NCBI GenBank assembly: GCA_028534125.1
Contig: CM052818.1
Span: forward strand, 35,590,001 to 35,654,000
Length of the DNA stretch: 64,000 nucleotides
Source of the DNA: Lama glama
Lineage: Eukaryota
Reading direction: 5' to 3'
In this document: positions 1 to 11,923 of the stretch, in pieces
Position numbering within the stretch: the first letter of the stretch is position 1
How the letters are laid out: each line of letters opens with the position of its first letter
Notes under the pieces: generated by a model
What the model was told of the DNA's origin: nothing
Database searches by the model: none
The model's input: only the letters and a program-made list of their open reading frames with translations
Made by a program: the position numbers and the translations under genes

Positions 1-539
1 GGAAGCAGAGATATTTTGTTAGATGGTTTCACTAAAATCAGCAGTGGGAAAGGGAAATCTTCTTCTCAAGAAAGTCAGTGTGGTATCATCAGAAGAGGGA
101 ATAAAAACTAGGGAGCAAGACCCACCAAATTTCTATAGAATCTATGGCTAAAAATATGTTTGGAAGCCATGATCTGCAGGATTCTTTTTTTTTTTTTTTT
201 GGCAATGACAAAAAATAGTCCATCAAATGTACAAAAATGTATTAATCAGTTACCTTTTATTGGACATTAAGCTTATTTTCTATTTTTTGCTTTCACAAAC
301 AGTGCCTCAGCAAACATCCTGAGAGCCCAATTTTTGCAGACATCTTTATTAAGAAGTGGTAACTTTTGACGTCTTTATAGAATGATTATAGACAAGATGG
401 AAACTTGTAGGCTGAAAGGATTACATATGAAGACTGCTACTGGTCCACTCGTGTTGATTTACAGAGACTTTACTAAAGTTACATATTACTTTATGTTGAT
501 ATTGGCTTTTGTTTTTTAACAACTTAATGGATGATTTAA

Positions 540-1015
540 ATATAACATTAAAAGACATATTTAACAGTTACAGATGACATAGATCTAAGAGTGATAACAA
601 ATATGGTAGAATGTCTTCAGATTTCAGAATGAGCTAAACACTGGGTTCAAACCAACAAAATTAAAACTAATAGGAACAATTTTAAAGTTCTGTATTTGTT
701 TAAAAAAAAAAACAATCAATTGCCCAGAGACAGGAAGGGTAAATGTTACTTGGACAGAAATTCACATGAAAAGGTCTGAAGGTTTTATTAAATGCAAGGT
801 CAATATAATTCAACAGTATGAAATGGCTGCTAAAAAACAAAAACAGTGTAATCTTAGAATGTATTAAAATAAATAAAATATCTAGATCTTGGATGGTGCT
901 AGCCCCTTGTACCTTTTGCCCTGGTCAGGCTAAATGGAGTTTTGGGCTTAATTTTGAACTGGTTACACTTAAAAAGAGCTATTAACTAACTGGAGTGTAT
1001 GTAGAGAAAGTCATC
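540..1015 (+). mobile_element. CR1/L3 LINE fragment (ancient)
   Basis: Degenerate CR1 3' ORF2 motifs (gccctggtcaggct...ggagttttgggct...cacttaaaaagagctattaactaactggag). Confidence 0.6.
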
Positions 1016-1029
1016 TAGAAGCTATTATG

Positions 1030-1235
1030 ATAATATTACTGAGTGCTTACTATGTACCAGGCACCATACTGAAAACATTTCAAAACCTATGAAGTAGGCA
1101 TAATTTTATATTTATTTTACAGATGGGGAAATTGAGCCATGGGAAGTTAAATAAATTGCTCAAGTTTAAACAGCTGGAAAGTGGGACTGAAACCCAGTAG
1201 TCCAACCCCAGAGAGAGCTATCAACCACCCCACTC
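1030..1235 (-). mobile_element. MIR SINE
   Basis: MIR core attttacagatggggaaattgag. Confidence 0.7.
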
Positions 1236-1489
1236 ACTGCTTCTCTATTTTGTGAAGCAAAACAGGTGATCCTGCCACATAAGTGTGATTTGAGGGACTC
1301 TGAGCAGATCCCCTGCAGAGAAATATCTCTCTGGCTAGTTGGAACATACAAACAGGCCTGTTACGCACTTGCTTTTATAGCTCTTTTAGATCTAAATCTA
1401 AATGTCTAAATATTATACAAATTGAAAGTCAGCTGAGAAAAGATTTTGATAAAGGGGAGAATTGCCCATGGGTGCTAGACAGTAGAACT

Positions 1490-1850
1490 GATTCATTCAA
1501 CAACTATTTATTCAGTGCTATATTGTACTTCACAGTGGGGTAGGCCCTGATAACAGAATGATGAAAATGGCTAACATTTCTTTGCCCGGCAGAGTTTACC
1601 TCCAATTCAGGACAAAAGAGAATAAGTGATAGTAGCAAGTGTAGTTGATGAATAAGGAAAGAGGGGGAACTATGGAATCACATGGTAGGGAAACCTTCCC
1701 CAGTCTGGTGGGGTAGGAGTTTGGGGTGGGGTGCCTTCCCTGGGACGTGAAGGCCAAGGTGAGATTTGAAGAGTGAGTCAATACTTTCCCCACAGAAAAG
1801 GATGGAGAGGGAGAGAGTTTTCCAGGCAAGGGGAGCTGCTCAGATATTTC
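1490..1850 (-). mobile_element. L2 LINE 3' fragment
   Basis: attcattcaacaactatttattcagtgc is the reverse complement of the L2 3' terminus, followed by L2-like body. Confidence 0.6.
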
Positions 1851-4800
1851 CAGTAAGAGATGATGATGGCTAAGTCATGGGCTGTGGGGTGAAGAGAGGA
1901 TGGAGTTTCCATAGAATGGTGTGCGTAGCATTGAACAAGGTCTTGAGATTATTTCAGGCCCTTCACAGATATATACATCCTTTTACTAATGGTGTGTTTA
2001 TTTTAATATGTATTCAAAAAATATATAACTAGCAAATCAAATCTGTGATTTCCCAGATACTATTGTTTGAGATGAAACTAGATGCTTGAGTTTTAGAAAG
2101 ACAGTTTAAAATATTAAGCAAAAAAGTCAGTAAAAAATATTAAACAAATAGTGATATTGTATTTAGAGAGCTCTTGGTGGGGAGCCAGGCTGCAAAATGG
2201 CTTGGGTGCCCCACCTTGCCTAGGGTTAGTCCCGCCGGTAACAGCCATGCCCTACCCCTCCCTTTACCCTGGCTCTTGGACTCTTTCTCTACTCTGTGCT
2301 TGCCCCAAGTTTTGTCTTCCCTTGTCTTGTTCTTGAAATTTCTCACTCTGCTTTTGTGTGAACACCTTTACCATCTCTTCAATACTGGCTTTTGCAGCCT
2401 TCTAATTCAGACGGTTAACATGAGTTTCAGAGCTCTTAATAGCATTTTCTTTCTTATTTTATTTAAACATTTATCATTTTATCTTAACGTTTGAGAGCAT
2501 GCCTCCTTTGAAACGCAGGGTAAACAATCATCTGATAGTTCCCACACTCCTCTTCACCCCGCCCCCCAGCCACTTCCATTCTCAAGCCTGGCGTGTCTCC
2601 CAGCCTTCCCAGCATCACTGTGAGTTCTCATCCCAGCTTCTGTTGTTGACACCTCAGCAGAATTAGAGCTCCGTTCCAGTAGCGATAACCTACTGTGCTC
2701 GGACCGAGCTTGGCTGAGCAGGATGACTGAGACTCGAATGACGTTCATATTTGAACACACTCCCTCCCCGCTGCTGCTGGGACAAAGCTTTCGTGCAAAC
2801 ATCAGAACCTCACATTCCATCAAGGAATGTGTGAGAGGGGCTGCTCTGCAAGTGTAACACACAGCAGAGAACGTAGAGAGACAGCAACACACACACACAG
2901 TCACACTCAGAGGGCCAGGATCTGTCTCACACCTCTGGCCTCAAGCCGGGGAAATGTGCGACACCTGATTCAGGCTCAGGATAACAGGAGACAGCTGTGT
3001 CATCGCAGTGGCCTGGAGCAAGCATGCTGAGTTGAGGAAACATGCTGTCCTTGCTCCTTTCTCCCTGTGACCCACAGGCAGCTCTGGGAATAACCAGTTC
3101 TGGCCCCTAACTACACGGTTTAAAGGACAGCCAGAGATTTAGTTCTGAGATACCACGATGACTATTTTGGAACAAAGAGGGAAATGGAAAAGCAGAGTGC
3201 TGGTAACAACATCCCTGGGGACTGACAGCCCAGCTCTCAGCCACGTTTCTCACGGAGAAGGCCTTGTTCCCGGGATGTCCCAGGTTCCACTTCAACCTTG
3301 AGCCAATACTTTTTTTCTCCTCTGAGACCACAGGATTCAGGTGTTCAGAATTGCTGGGGTGACATGGAGGTTTCCAAGGGCAATAGAAATCACTGGGAAA
3401 GAGTCCATGAGTAAATTGTTTTACAGTCTTTTTAACACCTAAAAATACATCATATAAAATAATGTAACTGAACAAAGTTTAACAAAGAAAGACCACAGAA
3501 TGTGAAAATGATTCATGACAAATGTGATTTGCAGAAGCTCACATTCCTAAAAAAACCCCTAGATTTAATAAAAATGTATACAGCTAATTCTTAGCTTCTA
3601 CTTGGCGATCGGTCAGAGTAGAAAAGGATAAGAATAGACAATTTTATACACAGGAAAATAGATAGAAAACATCGTTTGATATTAGATAAACTATCAAATT
3701 CTAAACTATTGATAGAAATTAGGTGAATACAAATCAAACAGCTTAGAGGTTCTATTATATACTTACAAGTCTAGCAAAGGTGAAAATAAAAGCCAGGATC
3801 AATGAAACTCAAGAATCCAAAAGGAAAAATATTATTTGCACAATGATGCATTCATAGTATCACTTATTATGCTTAAAATAATTAAGAAACAACCCCTAAA
3901 GCTCTCACAATAAAGATATGGTTGAATAAATGATGGCATGGCAATAAAATGGAATATTATATAGCCATTAGAAATAGTGTGATGGGCATCAAAGTATTAT
4001 ATCTGGAAAAAGTGCAGGAAGCAGGGAGTATGCAGGCAGCAATTTCAAGTGAATGTGCACATTCTAACAAGGGTTAGAAGTGATTTCAGAGTGATGTTCT
4101 TGGTTTATGGGGTTTCCTTTTCTGTAAAGATAAGTGCATAATAAAAAGTGTATATAGACATTTATCTTATAAAAGAGGGGGTGGAGAGTAATTTCTTCTC
4201 TTTCCTTGCTTCCCAGGGGAGTCATAAGGATGAATTAAGTGGTTTGAACATCTTGGATCAAAATATTAGATGCTTGAATGGGTGAATGATTCAGGTACTT
4301 CCTTGGAGACATTAAAGACTATCCATCTGTCAACTGGTATGATGTTTTAAATTTAATTAATTTAATGACATTAGAAAATGTTTATGATTAATTCTGGGTT
4401 TTTTTTAAGATTCTAGAATGCATCCCCCCTTGTATGACTCCCCCACCCCTCTCTCATTCACACACACACACACACAGCATTAAAATTAGACTTCACTATT
4501 TGGCATTAGTAAGAAAGGAAGAAAAGGAATCTCCAAAGTAGTTACTATATGTGCCTCCACACCTATCATATTTAATTCATTTCCTTTCTCCTCCCACTTG
4601 GCTGTCCTTTATTGCCCACTCCGCGCACACACACACATACACCCCTTACAAATTCCACCAGCACCATCCAGAAGTGGTTCTACGGATCTGCCATTAAAGA
4701 TATAGTATCATAAACTGAGAAATTCTAAATCTATTTCTTCCTCTTGTCCTTTCCCTATCCTGGTATTTCTCCAGTAGTATTGATGATGTCCTAGGCCAGC

Positions 4801-5006
4801 CTTACATCAGAACCAGAAGAAATGAGCAAAGTTGCCAAATCATTGGGAAAACATTTTATATGAAAACAGTCTTTTATTTATATGAGGAGATAATTATATC
4901 ATCATATAATGATAAAGAAACATATTTAAATATTCAACTTTAACATTACATTTCTCAAATACATAATGTGTTTCATTATATTGAGATCTGTTAAAAATGA
5001 GGTTCT

Positions 5007-5091
5007 GAGGGAAGGGTATAGCTCAGTGGCAGAGCACATGCTTAGCAAGCACGAGGTCCTGTGTTCAATCCCCAGTACCTCCATTTAAAAA
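5007..5091 (+). mobile_element. tRNA-Ala-derived camelid SINE (Vic-1 type) with TSD
   Basis: gggtatagctcagtggcagagc...gttcaatccccagtacctcca plus A tail. TSD aaaaatgaggttc at 4993-5005 and 5092-5104; TT|AAAAA L1 endonuclease target. Confidence 0.9.
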
Positions 5092-5236
5092 AAAAATGAG
5101 GTTCCAAAATGACATCCCAAGCTTGTAAAATTATGAAAAAGAAATTAGAGATGGCAGTCTGTCCCATTCCCCTATGAGAGAGTGGTCAAGATATGTTATT
5201 AAGTTTTAAAAATCAGAATACAAAACAATGTGTATC

Positions 5237-5325
5237 GGGGTGGATGGAGGTATAGCTCAGTGGTAGAGCATGTGCTTAGCATGCCCAAGGTCCTGGGTTC
5301 AATCCCCAGTATCTCTATTTTAAAA
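5237..5325 (+). mobile_element. tRNA-Ala-derived SINE (Vic-1 type)
   Basis: ggtatagctcagtggtagagc...gggttcaatccccagtatctcta (A and B boxes). Confidence 0.85.
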
Positions 5326-5463
5326 GTTATGTGTGTGTAAGAGATCAGCTGTGCAACATACACAATCATATCCATTCAGAACAAATTTTAATAGTGGCTA
5401 CCAGTAAAATGGTGGAATTGTGAGTAATTTAAATTTTCTTCTATATAATTTCTCAAATTTCCA

Positions 5464-5963
5464 NNNNNNNNNNNNNNNNNNNNNNNNNNNNNNNNNNNNN
5501 NNNNNNNNNNNNNNNNNNNNNNNNNNNNNNNNNNNNNNNNNNNNNNNNNNNNNNNNNNNNNNNNNNNNNNNNNNNNNNNNNNNNNNNNNNNNNNNNNNNN
5601 NNNNNNNNNNNNNNNNNNNNNNNNNNNNNNNNNNNNNNNNNNNNNNNNNNNNNNNNNNNNNNNNNNNNNNNNNNNNNNNNNNNNNNNNNNNNNNNNNNNN
5701 NNNNNNNNNNNNNNNNNNNNNNNNNNNNNNNNNNNNNNNNNNNNNNNNNNNNNNNNNNNNNNNNNNNNNNNNNNNNNNNNNNNNNNNNNNNNNNNNNNNN
5801 NNNNNNNNNNNNNNNNNNNNNNNNNNNNNNNNNNNNNNNNNNNNNNNNNNNNNNNNNNNNNNNNNNNNNNNNNNNNNNNNNNNNNNNNNNNNNNNNNNNN
5901 NNNNNNNNNNNNNNNNNNNNNNNNNNNNNNNNNNNNNNNNNNNNNNNNNNNNNNNNNNNNNNN
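5464..5963. other. Assembly gap (500 N)
   Basis: Run of exactly 500 N next to an L1 fragment. Confidence 1.
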
Positions 5964-6160
5964 TTTTATGGCTGAATAGTATTCCATTGTATAAATATAC
6001 CACATCTTCTTTATCCAGTCATCTGTTGATGGACATTTAGGCTATTTCCATGTCTTGGCTATTGTAAATAGTGCTGCTATGAACACTGGGGTGCAGGTGT
6101 CATTTTGAAGTAGGGTTCCTTCTGGATATATGCCCAGGAGTGGGATTCCTGGGTCATATG
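5964..6160 (-). mobile_element. L1 ORF2 C-terminal/3' fragment (young), runs into gap
   Basis: Minus frame gives MWYIYTMEYYSAIK, the canonical L1 ORF2 C-terminus. Confidence 0.9.
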
Positions 6161-6550
6161 TTTAGTGCATATTTAAATTTCCCCATTTCTCTTTTATTGC
6201 TGTTTCAAGTTTTGGATCAAAGATCTCATCAAGGGTTACAAATTCATGTGCCTGTTGGGTCTCCTTAACCTCTTTGATTTAGACCAGTCCCCTCACATTT
6301 TGTTTTTATTTCTATTTTTCATGATACTGAATTTTTGAAGAGTTCCAACCAGTTTTCTTAGCTAATCTCCCACATTCTGGATTTGTCTGATTGTTTCCTT
6401 ATGATTAGATTCAGATTAAACATCTTTGGACTGATTACTATGTAGGAGATGTTCTGTGTTTCCTACTGTATCACATCAGAAGGCACATAATGTCAGATTG
6501 TCCCACTGTGCTAAATTTGAGGTTAAGTTGATGGGCACCAGACCTTTCTA

Positions 6551-6688
6551 ACTTAATTTTAATTTTGGGGGGGAGGGGTAACTAGATTTATCTATTTATT
6601 TATTACTTTTGATGGAGGCACCAGGGATTGAACCCACGACCTCATGCAAGCTGGGCATACACTCTACCACTGAGCTATACCCTCCCCT
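6551..6688 (-). mobile_element. tRNA-Ala-derived SINE (Vic-1 type, long tail) with TSD
   Basis: Reverse-complement SINE head at about 6612-6688; 12 bp TSD cagacctttcta at 6539-6550 and 6689-6700. Confidence 0.9.
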
Positions 6689-6929
6689 CAGACCTTTCTA
6701 TTACAAGGGTACAGTTTCCTGTTTGTAATTAATAATCCATGGAGTGAGTCTTTGAGACCCTGTGAATATCTTAACATTTGTTGATAATCATAATCCTTGC
6801 TTGAAATGGGGTTGCAAAATGGCGCTTTTGCTAATTGTCCTATTTTATTAGCTGGCATTCTCGGTGAAGCAGAAGTCTTCATTGTGTCTGTGTGCTCTCC
6901 TACATCAGTCTTCTGACTACTCTTCCTGC

Positions 6930-7480
6930 CTCCAGTCTGGCTCGCTCCTCTCCATCTGGTGCCAGAAGCAGCATGCTTAATTGCAAATCTGGACACATCC
7001 AGGCCCTGTTTAAAATCCTTCAGGGATAAGTTCAGACCTGTGATCTGGCTCCTGCCTACTTCTTTGGGTTCATCTCCCTCTGTACCCACTCATGTACTCC
7101 ATTCAGTCTCTCTGTACCTCTCCAAACTCAGGACCCTCCTTCACAGCCCTGTCCTCCGCACATGCACACTAGTCCCTCAGCCTGTGAGACCCTTCCCCAC
7201 CCGCCAACCTCACTGGGCCCCCACGTCTTTTCCCTGCTCTGGCTCACGCATCAGCTCCTCTGAGCCTAACGTTGAACAGGTGCCTTTGGGGGGCTCTCAT
7301 GACACCTGTGTGCACATCTATCATCACATGTGTGGCCCCACAATTAAAGACGTTTGCTTGTTTGCTTGTCTTTCCTACTTGAGTGACGCTCTTTGTGGGA
7401 AGAAGTTGTCTTTCATCTCTGGATGACAAGAATCTAGCCTGATGTCTGGCATTAAGTAAGCACTTGGAAAATATTTTCCA
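6930..7480 (+). mobile_element. L2 LINE 3' fragment
   Basis: Degenerate L2 3' region ending tgtctggcattaagtaagcacttggaaaatattt. Confidence 0.55.
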
Positions 7481-7719
7481 GTGAAGTAACTCAAGTTGCC
7501 TCAAATTCTTAAATAAAGAATGTGACCAGCTTCCAGACAGCTAGTTTAAATGCTCTTTTAAGGACAAAAAGCATGTCTTATAAATCTTGTGTTGCTCACA
7601 TCTCCCACCCTATTGCTTGTTCATTTGAATTAGCTTTCAAGCATGTAGGTTGACACTTATCAAACAGTATGGCTGTATTACTTCTTATCTGCCCAGTATA
7701 TTTTCCTTTTAAGAATTGC

Positions 7720-8130
7720 TTCTCCTCTACCTAACAGGAGGGCCCTTGCCTGGTCTTCCCACACATAGTGGGCTCAGAATGTGAGCTAGTCATTAGAGAA
7801 CTTCATCCTCCTGGCTCCAGTGGCTGGTTCATGTAAGGACACTTGGCCCAAGCCAGGCCTATTAGACTCATCCTGGGACTTTTGAAGTAGCTAGCAGGAA
7901 CGACAAGCAAGGAGAGCAAAGTTGTAGCCATTGCTGCTGGGGCCACCTTTGTCACAAGGTGGTGAGAGGCTACGTGAGAATGAAGCCACCACCAAGGCAA
8001 AAAGCCAACAATAAGGAGACAGAACTAGTGACATTATCAAAACCCTTAAACCCAGTCACATCTGAAGGGTCGTGTTTTAGATTTCCTGGAACCTGAGTCA
8101 ACAATTCCCTTCCTTCTTGCCTTTTAAGTT
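7720..8130 (+). mobile_element. MLT1 (ERVL-MaLR) solo LTR fragment
   Basis: MLT1-like motifs (cccaagccaggcctattagactc; gctgctggggccacc; tgagtcaacaattccct). Confidence 0.6.
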
Positions 8131-8269
8131 GACAAAATCCTGACAAATAGACAAGATCTGATTCCATGACATTTCGTATTTGATTAAGCAGGTAAACTGA
8201 GATGGAGAATAGGAATTTCACCGCCATTTTGTTCTTTACCGATTTTTGAGAAATTATGTAGAGATGAGG

Positions 8270-8829
8270 GATTAGGGTTCTCCAGAGAAACAGAACCCAT
8301 AGGATACAATAGGGATGGAGAGAGAGGTAGAGATAGAGAGATATAAGAGGAGATTTGTTACAGGAATTGGCTCACACCGTTATGGAGGCCAGGAAGTTTC
8401 ACGATCTGCCACCTGCCAGCTGGAGAATTAGGAAAGTCAATGGTTTAAATCAGTCCCAATCTAAAGGTCTGAGAGTGTAAGTCCAAGTTCACAAGCTTGA
8501 GAATCAGGGGGTCAATGGTGTGTGTCCTGGTCCATCTTCAAAAGCCTGAGAACCAGGAGTGCAGCTATCTTAAGGCAAGAGAAGATGATGCCCCAGCTTA
8601 AGCAAAGAGCACAAATTCACCCTTCCTTTGCCTTTTTGTCCTTTTTGGGACCTCAGTGGATTGGATAATGTCTGCCTGCATTGGGGAGGGCATATTCTTT
8701 ACTGTCTACCAATTCAAATGCTAACCTCTTCCAGAAACGCCCTCACAGACACATCCAGAAATAATGTTTTACCAGCTATCTGAGCATCCCTTAGCCCAGT
8801 CACGTTGACACATAAAATTAACCACCGCA
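8270..8829 (-). mobile_element. MLT2B-like ERVL solo LTR
   Basis: Termini attagggttctccagagaaacagaacc and ccagtcacgttgacacataaaattaaccac are characteristic of MLT2B. Confidence 0.8.
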
Positions 8830-11639
8830 GGCACCTGAGTCAGCACCAACTCTGTAGCCCCTGACAACCAGGAAGAGAGATTTTATCTAGGCTGCTTCTC
8901 ACCTGCCTCAGAAGAATTTGAAGTATATTTGGGCGCCCCAGACCCACGCTCCTCTTACCTAAGTCTCTTCCAAAGAGGCAAAGCAGACCAAGAAAACATG
9001 TCATAAACGGTAAAAGCTGGCCAGCATCTTCATTATTTCTATTGTGGGAGATTACTGAATCCCATCTCTCACAAATGTTCCATTGTATCTAATTTCTTCT
9101 AAGGTCTGCTCCATTTCTGCCAGCTCTCAATTTCTGGGGATGTAGGAGTTTGTGGTGGATTGGTAAGGATCAGGGCTACCTCCTAAGACAGAGATCTAGG
9201 TATCCACTGAAGGACCTGTCAAGTTAAAAATGCCAAGTGCATTTTAGGGACCAATTTCTCAGTGAGGCTTAAGAGGTGGGGAAGAGAGTCTGGCCTTTTC
9301 TAAAGTTGTTTGCAGAGCTTATCAACCAGGGAGAGTCTTGGTTAAAGGAAGATTTCTTGGGTATCCTGTGTGGCTATTTTTAGGAGCAAGAGGAAATAGC
9401 CAAGCTCTTTAAGAAGAGCATTTTCATGACTTTAATTTGAATTAGCTTAATTAGATGCTTTTCTCCTAACTGTCAGCTAAGATAAACCATCCTAAGGGAA
9501 CCAGGGTAGTGATGAAGTGTGGAAGAAGGAGAAGAAAGGAGAAATCACTTAATAGTATGCACTTCTGCCCCAGGAATTCTGGCTGGGCATTTCTGGATAG
9601 AGCAGTAGGGGGACAGAGTCCTGAACAGAAGTAAGTGGGAAGGAAAAGAGAACAATGCAAAGGGACCGGGGGAGAGGCACAGAAAAAAGAGGAGGACACT
9701 CAAGATAAGCTATCATTCTTCCCAATTTCACTTAATGCAAGAGCTGCTGGTCTACCCCAAATCTGTCCTTTCTAGAGATGCAAAAGGAGGGAAGATGGTA
9801 AGAGAGGCCCTCATGTTATGTCTCTGAGTTTGGTAGAAAGTGAGACAGTCATCCCCACCTACATCCCCTAGGAGTATGTTCTAACCTTGGACTTTCATTT
9901 TTTCCGCCCTTGCTACCAAATTCCCTGCCTAAGGATGAGCCAGAAACCTGGTCAGATCAGTGACAGGAGATGCAGAAGAGCAGTCTCTCTTCAAACCTAT
10001 TTCCATGGTCCCCTCCAAGCCCCACGGGCGCCCCAGGAGGCACATCTCTGTCAGGCAGGAAGCCACACCCTTCCAGACATTCTCAGCTTTTGTGTCCCGC
10101 CTCCCATGCACAAAAGCAGTGGGCCCAGTTCTGCCCCAACTCTAAGTTGAAGAAGACATGCAAGGGTGATGACTGCAAGTTTCAAAAGAACGCCTTGGCG
10201 AGCTTAGGGAAAGGAAGGGGAGTGACTAAGCTTCCTTCTTGCCCACAGGATTGTTCTGAGAGCGCATTCACTTCCTCTGAGTCCCCTGGTTTATGTAATT
10301 CGGGTACCTGGGGATTATAGAGCATCACTTCATTGCAACTATTAAAAGGAGCTATTACCAGGAGCACTGTTTCCCCAGAGGGAGTGGGAGGAGGGATGAG
10401 AAGTGAGGAATCAAGGAGAGAGAGGGAAGGCTAAGGGCCCAGGCACAACTGCAGGTGGCCTCCCACTCCTCCTCATGCCTGGCCTAGGGTATAGGGACAC
10501 CACTGGCCCATAATTAGCTTAATATCTGCACTGTGGGTCACATTCAGAGGTTTCTCCAGGCACGAGGGTTAGAGCCCTGCTCTGCTGTTCCACCTGTGCA
10601 CCTGCCTGGTCTCCAAGCAGCGTGGCCCCTCCTGCCTCCCCTGCACAGCCACCGTCAGCTTCCAGTGCCAGTTCTCCTGTTGTCACTGCTGCCACTGTGG
10701 CTATCGCTGCCACAGCTCTGGAGGAACCGGGCTGTGCAGAGCTGCCCCTGCAGTCGCCCCAGATGCCTGCGGAGAGCCAGCGCCACCTGCACAGGCTCTC
10801 CCCAGCCAGGGAAAACCAGGGAAGGCTGGGCCTGCATCCCTGACTAATGATCACGCTTTCAAGACGGGATGCAGCCTGTGACTCAAACTGTGGAGGCACA
10901 GCAAACGGAAGAAAGAGTGGGAGGAGGAGAGGGACACGGAGGGAAACACAGATGGGGGGGTGGGGGGAGGAAGAGAGAAAAAGCAAAGGAACAAAGGCCT
11001 CTGAACTTTGAATTTGTAAAGATGTTATCTCCCTTGGCCTCTGCGGTCATTAAAGTACATAGTGATAACATGAAATACCTTCACACAACGGTCCAGCAGT
11101 CCAGTTTGATGTCACTTTGGAGGGAAGAGGGGACTAAAGTTATTAAAGGATGTTACTATATTTGCAACGACTGTAACTTGCAGTACAATATAATGTATAC
11201 TGCTTCTGCAAATTCAGTGTTATATAGACTGAAATCTTAAGGACAGGAGCTATGGTTCCTTTTAAGCTAGAAAAGGAATAATATACACCAAAACGGTTTA
11301 AGTTTGGTCCCCTTCCGAGGATACAAGTCTGGCCAGGAAGGATATTTAGAGACCAGTTAGGTTCAGTTTTTCCATAGGAAGCTGTTATGTCCTGGGATAT
11401 ATCATTTGACACATGTTATATCTGATTGCTTGTAATAACAAGCCGTGTTATCAAAGGGGATTTGCTTTGTATGTGCAGGATATATGGACACATGGACGTG
11501 TGTAGATTATACTTTCACGGCTACATTTAAAATTCATGTAATATTCTAAGACCGTTATTTCAATCCTGTAATCCACAAGCTTTTTAAAAAAATATTTTCC
11601 TAGTCTCCATTATTATTTTTAAAAATATTTTTCCCTCTC

Positions 11640-11923
11640 TTTTTTTTTTAATTTTTTGGGGGTAATTAGGTTTATAAAAAAAATTTTGGTGGGGTAATTA
11701 GGTTTGTTTATTTATTTATTTTTACCTTTTTTTAATTGAAGTATAGTCAGTTTACAATGTGTGTCAGTTTCTGGTGTACAGCATAATGTTTCAGTCATAC
11801 ATATACATATACATACACATACTCCTTTTCATATATTTATTTATTTATGTTAATGGAGATACTGGGGATTGAACCCAGGACCTCGTGCATGCTAAGCAGG
11901 CACTCTACCACTGAGCTGTAGCC
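11640..11923 (-). mobile_element. Composite: Vic-1 type SINE with an L1 3'-end fragment inside its tail
   Basis: SINE head at about 11852-11923; L1 3' end (ttgaagtatagtcagtttacaatg...) at about 11727-11835; SINE tail motif ggggtaattaggttt twice at about 11658-11705. Confidence 0.8.

Noticed and set aside
5007..5325. tRNA-Ala genes
   Set aside because: A-rich tails, a TSD on the first copy, stem-breaking substitutions and many dispersed copies show these are SINEs.
5388..6040. Long ORFs spanning N runs (also 27622-28207 and 55147-55949)
   Set aside because: Artefacts of translating assembly gaps as X.
6688..7504. 133-155 aa ORFs
   Set aside because: They largely overlap decayed L2 sequence and show no recognisable domain or splice structure.
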